Below, piece after piece: positions 60,283 to 64,000 of a stretch of 64,000 bases of DNA; the stretch's first letter is position 1, and every line of letters begins with the position of its first letter. The notes beneath the pieces are model-generated. The model made no database searches, was not told the DNA's origin, and saw only the letters and a program-made list of their open reading frames with translations. The DNA comes from Eledone cirrhosa (taxonomy: Eukaryota), in NCBI GenBank assembly GCA_964016885.1, contig OZ024749.1, positions 9,796,001 through 9,860,000 on the forward strand. The letters run 5' to 3'. The position numbers and the translations under genes were made by a program.

Positions 60283-60905
60283 AATAAGGATAGGATGGAA
60301 AGGTTTAGAGAGCTACTACCACAGTTGACAACAAAAGGTTTCTTCCTACATACAAAATGATGACTGTATCATGCCTGAGTGTGAAGTGTGATGCTGTCTG
60401 GTAGTGAAACATGGGCTGTGATTGCAGACGACATGTGGTGCTACATGGTAGTGAAGCATGGGCTGTGATTGCAGACGACATGTGGTGCTACATGGTAGTG
60501 AAACATGGACTGTGATTGCAGAGGACATGTGGTGCTAAATGGTAGTGAAATATGGGCTGTGATTTCAGAGGACATGTGATGCTAAATGGTAGTGAAACAT
60601 GGGCTGTGATTGCAGACGACATGATTAGACTGGAGAGAAAGTAAGCAACCATGCTTCATTGGATGTGCAATGTAAATGTTAGAGAAAAGCAGAGCTTGAA
60701 TAAGTTGAGGGAGAAGCTGAGTTTAAGATTTAATCCGAGGTGGTGTACAAGAGGGGAGACTGTTAGTACAGACATGTGATATGGATGGATGATGATCGAT
60801 GGGAGAAGAAGTGCCAGGAAATGCCCGTGGAAGGAAGCCACAGTAGAGTAGACCGAGAAAGACCTGGACACAGGTGGCAAGAGCTGACCTTAAATCGCTG
60901 ACCTT
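60283..60905 (+). mobile_element. Degenerate RTE fragment with a 47-bp internal tandem repeat
   Basis: A GSETWAVIADDM-encoding segment repeats 5 times at 60400-60625. Confidence 0.7.
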
Positions 60906-61764
60906 AATAGACGCACATACACTTATGTGAGAATGTATACGTTTACATACTATTACGTACAAGTGTGTGTTTGAGTGTGTCTATGTTTATGTTCTGGATA
61001 TTTATTTATATATTTTTTTCCCCTCAATTTTTTGCCTGTTATTTGATTTCAGCCTCACTTTCATATTTCCTAAATTTTGTTTTCAAATCCATATTTAATA
61101 AACATTCTATGTTATTCATTCTGACAACTGAAGACAGATATAAATATGTCTTCAAGAAACCACTGGTAAATGAAATAATCATCTTATGTTGTTTATCACA
61201 TAACTAATAAGCTCTGTAGCCTACATAGAACATAGAGCACTCTCTTTTCCTTTACCTTTCCTACGGAAATACTTCATTTATTTATATATATATATAAACA
61301 TATATGTAAACATATATATAGCGGACGTAAAATGATGATGATGATATATAAACATATATATATATATATATATATAAACACATATATGTGTGTGTGTGTG
61401 TGTGTAGAAATCAGTAGATGAAAGAAAGATCAAGGAATACAATGCTCAGTCTGTTGCAACTCTTTTAAACTGGACTCCAAAACCAATGGTCGCACATGCA
61501 TGTTAAGTGTATGAAACTTTTTTTATACTAAATATATATATATATATATTTACACACACTTAACTATTTATGTAGCTTAGGGGTGTTGTTGATCCCACAA
61601 CATTTGTTTCAAGATTGCAATGTCAAGGACCTGCTTGATATTTTACCCAGAAGTCCATAATCAAGTAAACTACAGCCCCTTCCTGTTTATGTATTTTAGG
61701 GAGCTTATTGATCCCAAAACATGTGTACCAACACTACAATGTGAAGGACCAGTTTGATATTTAC

Positions 61765-61869
61765 CCAGAAGTCCATATAAAACCCAACGACCATCCAAAG
61801 CAAGGCAGTTGACATTCATCTCCCAGTAGACTCCACCAACACAATCAAGGATTAAGTTGACACCTCGAC
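61765..61869 (-). CDS. TP53I3: PIG3-like internal exon
   Basis: ttccag|GT..G|gtaaat; (G)[34 protein letters not shown]; 105 nt. Confidence 0.92.
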
Positions 61870-61967
61870 CTGGAAAATATTACAAAACATGGTTTTATTT
61901 ACTGAGTTGGGGTTGGGGAGGAATACATTTAACTTGATAACTTGTCATGTTCTCTAACATTACATGG

Positions 61968-62645
61968 TGACTGGTGTCACACCTAGACTGGTGTCACATC
62001 TAGACTGGTGTCACACCTAGACTGGTGTCACACCTAGACTGGTGTCACACCTAGACTGGTGTCACATCTGTAATTTCATACCTAGACAGGTGTCACATCT
62101 AGACTGGTGTCACACCTAGACTGGTGTCACACCTTACTGGTGTCATACCTTACTGGTGTCACACTTAGACTGGTGTCACATCTCACTGGTGTCATGTCTA
62201 GACTAGTGTCACATCTCACTGGTGTCACATCTGTAGTGTCATACCTAGACTGGTGTCACACCTCCACTGGTGCCACACTTAGACTGGCGTCACACCTCAC
62301 TGGTGTCACATCTCACTGGTGTCACATCTGTAGTGTCACACCTTACTGGTGTCGCACCTCCAGTGGTGTCACACTTAGACTGGTGTCACACTTAGACTGG
62401 TGTCACACCTCCACTGGTGTCACACTTATACTGGTGTCACACTTATACTGGTGTTACACCTTACTGGTGTCGCACCTCCACTGGTGTCACATCTGTAGTG
62501 TCATGCCTAGACTGGTGTCATACCTCCACTGGTGTAACATCTACACTGGTGTCACACCTGTTGTGTCACATCTCCACTGGTGTCACACCTTCAATGGCGA
62601 CACATCTGCCATGTGGCACCTTCACTGGTAACACACCTGTAGTGT
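61968..62645. repeat. Degenerate minisatellite, ~17-bp unit
   Basis: CTAGACTGGTGTCACAC and variants. Confidence 0.9.
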
Positions 62646-62827
62646 GATAACTTGACTGCTAACACACCTGTAATATGACAACTTCACTGTAACTAGCAGG
62701 AAAATGGCCTTAAAATGCTAGTTGTTGTTGTTATTGTTGTTGTATCTCCTGAAGCATGAATTTAAAAGGCCGTGTTCAGAAAAAGCCTGACAATGAGAAA
62801 CGATATAGGAGGCAATGAAAGACTCAC

Positions 62828-63040
62828 CTTCTGTGAAGTTCATCACTTCCTCTGAGAAATCCTTTTCTTTGTAGTTAAAACCAGCTGAAGCTCCCAGTTC
62901 TAGGGCCAACTTAATCTTGTCTTCAGACCCAGCTGTCACAATTGCCTTGCCCTTAGCCAGTGTCACCAACTGGATGGCTGCTGTTCCAACACCACTTGCT
63001 CCAGCATGGATCAGGACAGTGTCTTCAGGCTGCAGTTTAC
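62828..63040 (-). CDS. TP53I3: PIG3-like internal exon (NADP-binding region); upstream exons lie beyond the window
   Basis: gtaag|GT..G|gtgagt; (G)KLQPEDTVLIHAGASGVGTAAIQLV..VTAGSEDK..AGFNYKEKDFSEEVMNFTE; 213 nt. Confidence 0.92.
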
Positions 63041-63099
63041 CTTACAATACATATAAATCAATACCAATCAATACCAATCAACACATATATACATACATA

Positions 63100-63480
63100 T
63101 CAGCATCATTTAGCATCCATTTTTCCATGCTTACATGGGTTAGACGGGTCATCCAGAGTGGGCCACACTGTACCTTGCTCTGATGAGGACTGTAAATGAG
63201 TCTGGGTATTTTACAGCTGGATACCCTTCCGAACACCAACCACATTCACGGGTCTTCTGTATTACTGCGTGACGCCAGAGGTCACAGTCCTGTGCTATCA
63301 CCTTTGAGAGGTGTAATTGGGTAAGGTCGGCTTTTATCACCTCATCCCAGGTCTTCTTGGGTCTCCCCACTCCGCGGTTTCCATCGACTTCTAGTGCTCT
63401 GCACCTTTTTATGCAGCTGTCATCCTTCATACACATCACATGTCCATACCAGCACAACCGCCTCTCCTGCACACAGCATT
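63100..63480 (-). mobile_element. RTE 3' end fragment
   Basis: QERRLCWYGHVMCMKDDSCIKRC..GRPKKTW. Confidence 0.8.
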
Positions 63481-64000
63481 ATATATATACTTAGTATATA
63501 TACTTAGTATGTTTTGTGTTAATTAATCACTGTAGACATAATAGAGTATTTGATGACGTACACAGGTACGTCAGTGAACCTCAAAGTATTGTTATAACAA
63601 TGAAGTTAAAATATATCTGTGACACAATGATAGTTATTGTTTAACAAATATATTAGGTGAATTCTGACCTAGTGATATCTACTTCATTGTTATACTGTAT
63701 ATATATATGTATGTATGTGTGTGTGTGTGAGAGACTTAGGCATGGAGAAGATTTGAAACTTGAAATGTGTGTGTCGCATTGCAAATGACCATAATAATTG
63801 TTTCTACTTTAGGCACAAGGCCAGCAATTATCCCAGTGTATTACTGGTACTTTATTTTATCGACCCCTGTAAGGATGAAAGGCAAAGTTAACCTCGGCGG
63901 GATTTGAACTCAGATCATAAAGGGCCGTAACTCTATGCTACAAAGCATGGTGTCCGACTCTCTACGAATACTGCCAATTCAGCCATAATAATAACTATGA

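Noticed and set aside
61128-61175. CTGAAGA...GAAACCACTGGTA hammerhead-like string
   Set aside because: There is no stem I pairing, and the core would be sequestered in a TGAAGACA/TGTCTTCA hairpin.
63180-63210. CTGATGAGGAC...GTC hammerhead-like start
   Set aside because: No GAAA follows stem II.

Overview
This is eukaryotic (animal) DNA, rich in AT and microsatellites. Its SINE and RTE content suggests an octopod cephalopod (inference). I reconstructed three spliced host genes by hand: a complete 2-coding-exon CMC4 (+, 3818-8877, 67 aa); a complete 11-exon EFHC2-like gene (-, 45307-17404, 761 aa, all intron phases consistent); and the last four exons of a TP53I3/PIG3 quinone oxidoreductase (-, 63040-54458). 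The rest is mostly non-LTR retrotransposon debris (RTE, CR1, R4/Dong-like, Tx1/L1-like), tRNA-derived SINEs, one DD37D (maT) Tc1/mariner, piggyBac-like MITEs and about 12 minisatellites. Most long ORFs in the ORF track are repeat artefacts. Four observations stand out. (1) An intact 197-nt exon of a second, diverged EFHC2 paralog lies antisense inside intron 5 of the EFHC2-like gene. (2) An HDV-like self-cleaving ribozyme fold sits at 46851-46944. (3) A family of asymmetric fold-back elements in (TA)n tracts carries whole or half hammerhead-ribozyme motifs and has Penelope-like architecture. (4) The PIG3 homolog has an acidic C-terminal extension ending in the KDEL-like motif REEL. All homology calls rest on recalled family motifs; no database searches were run.
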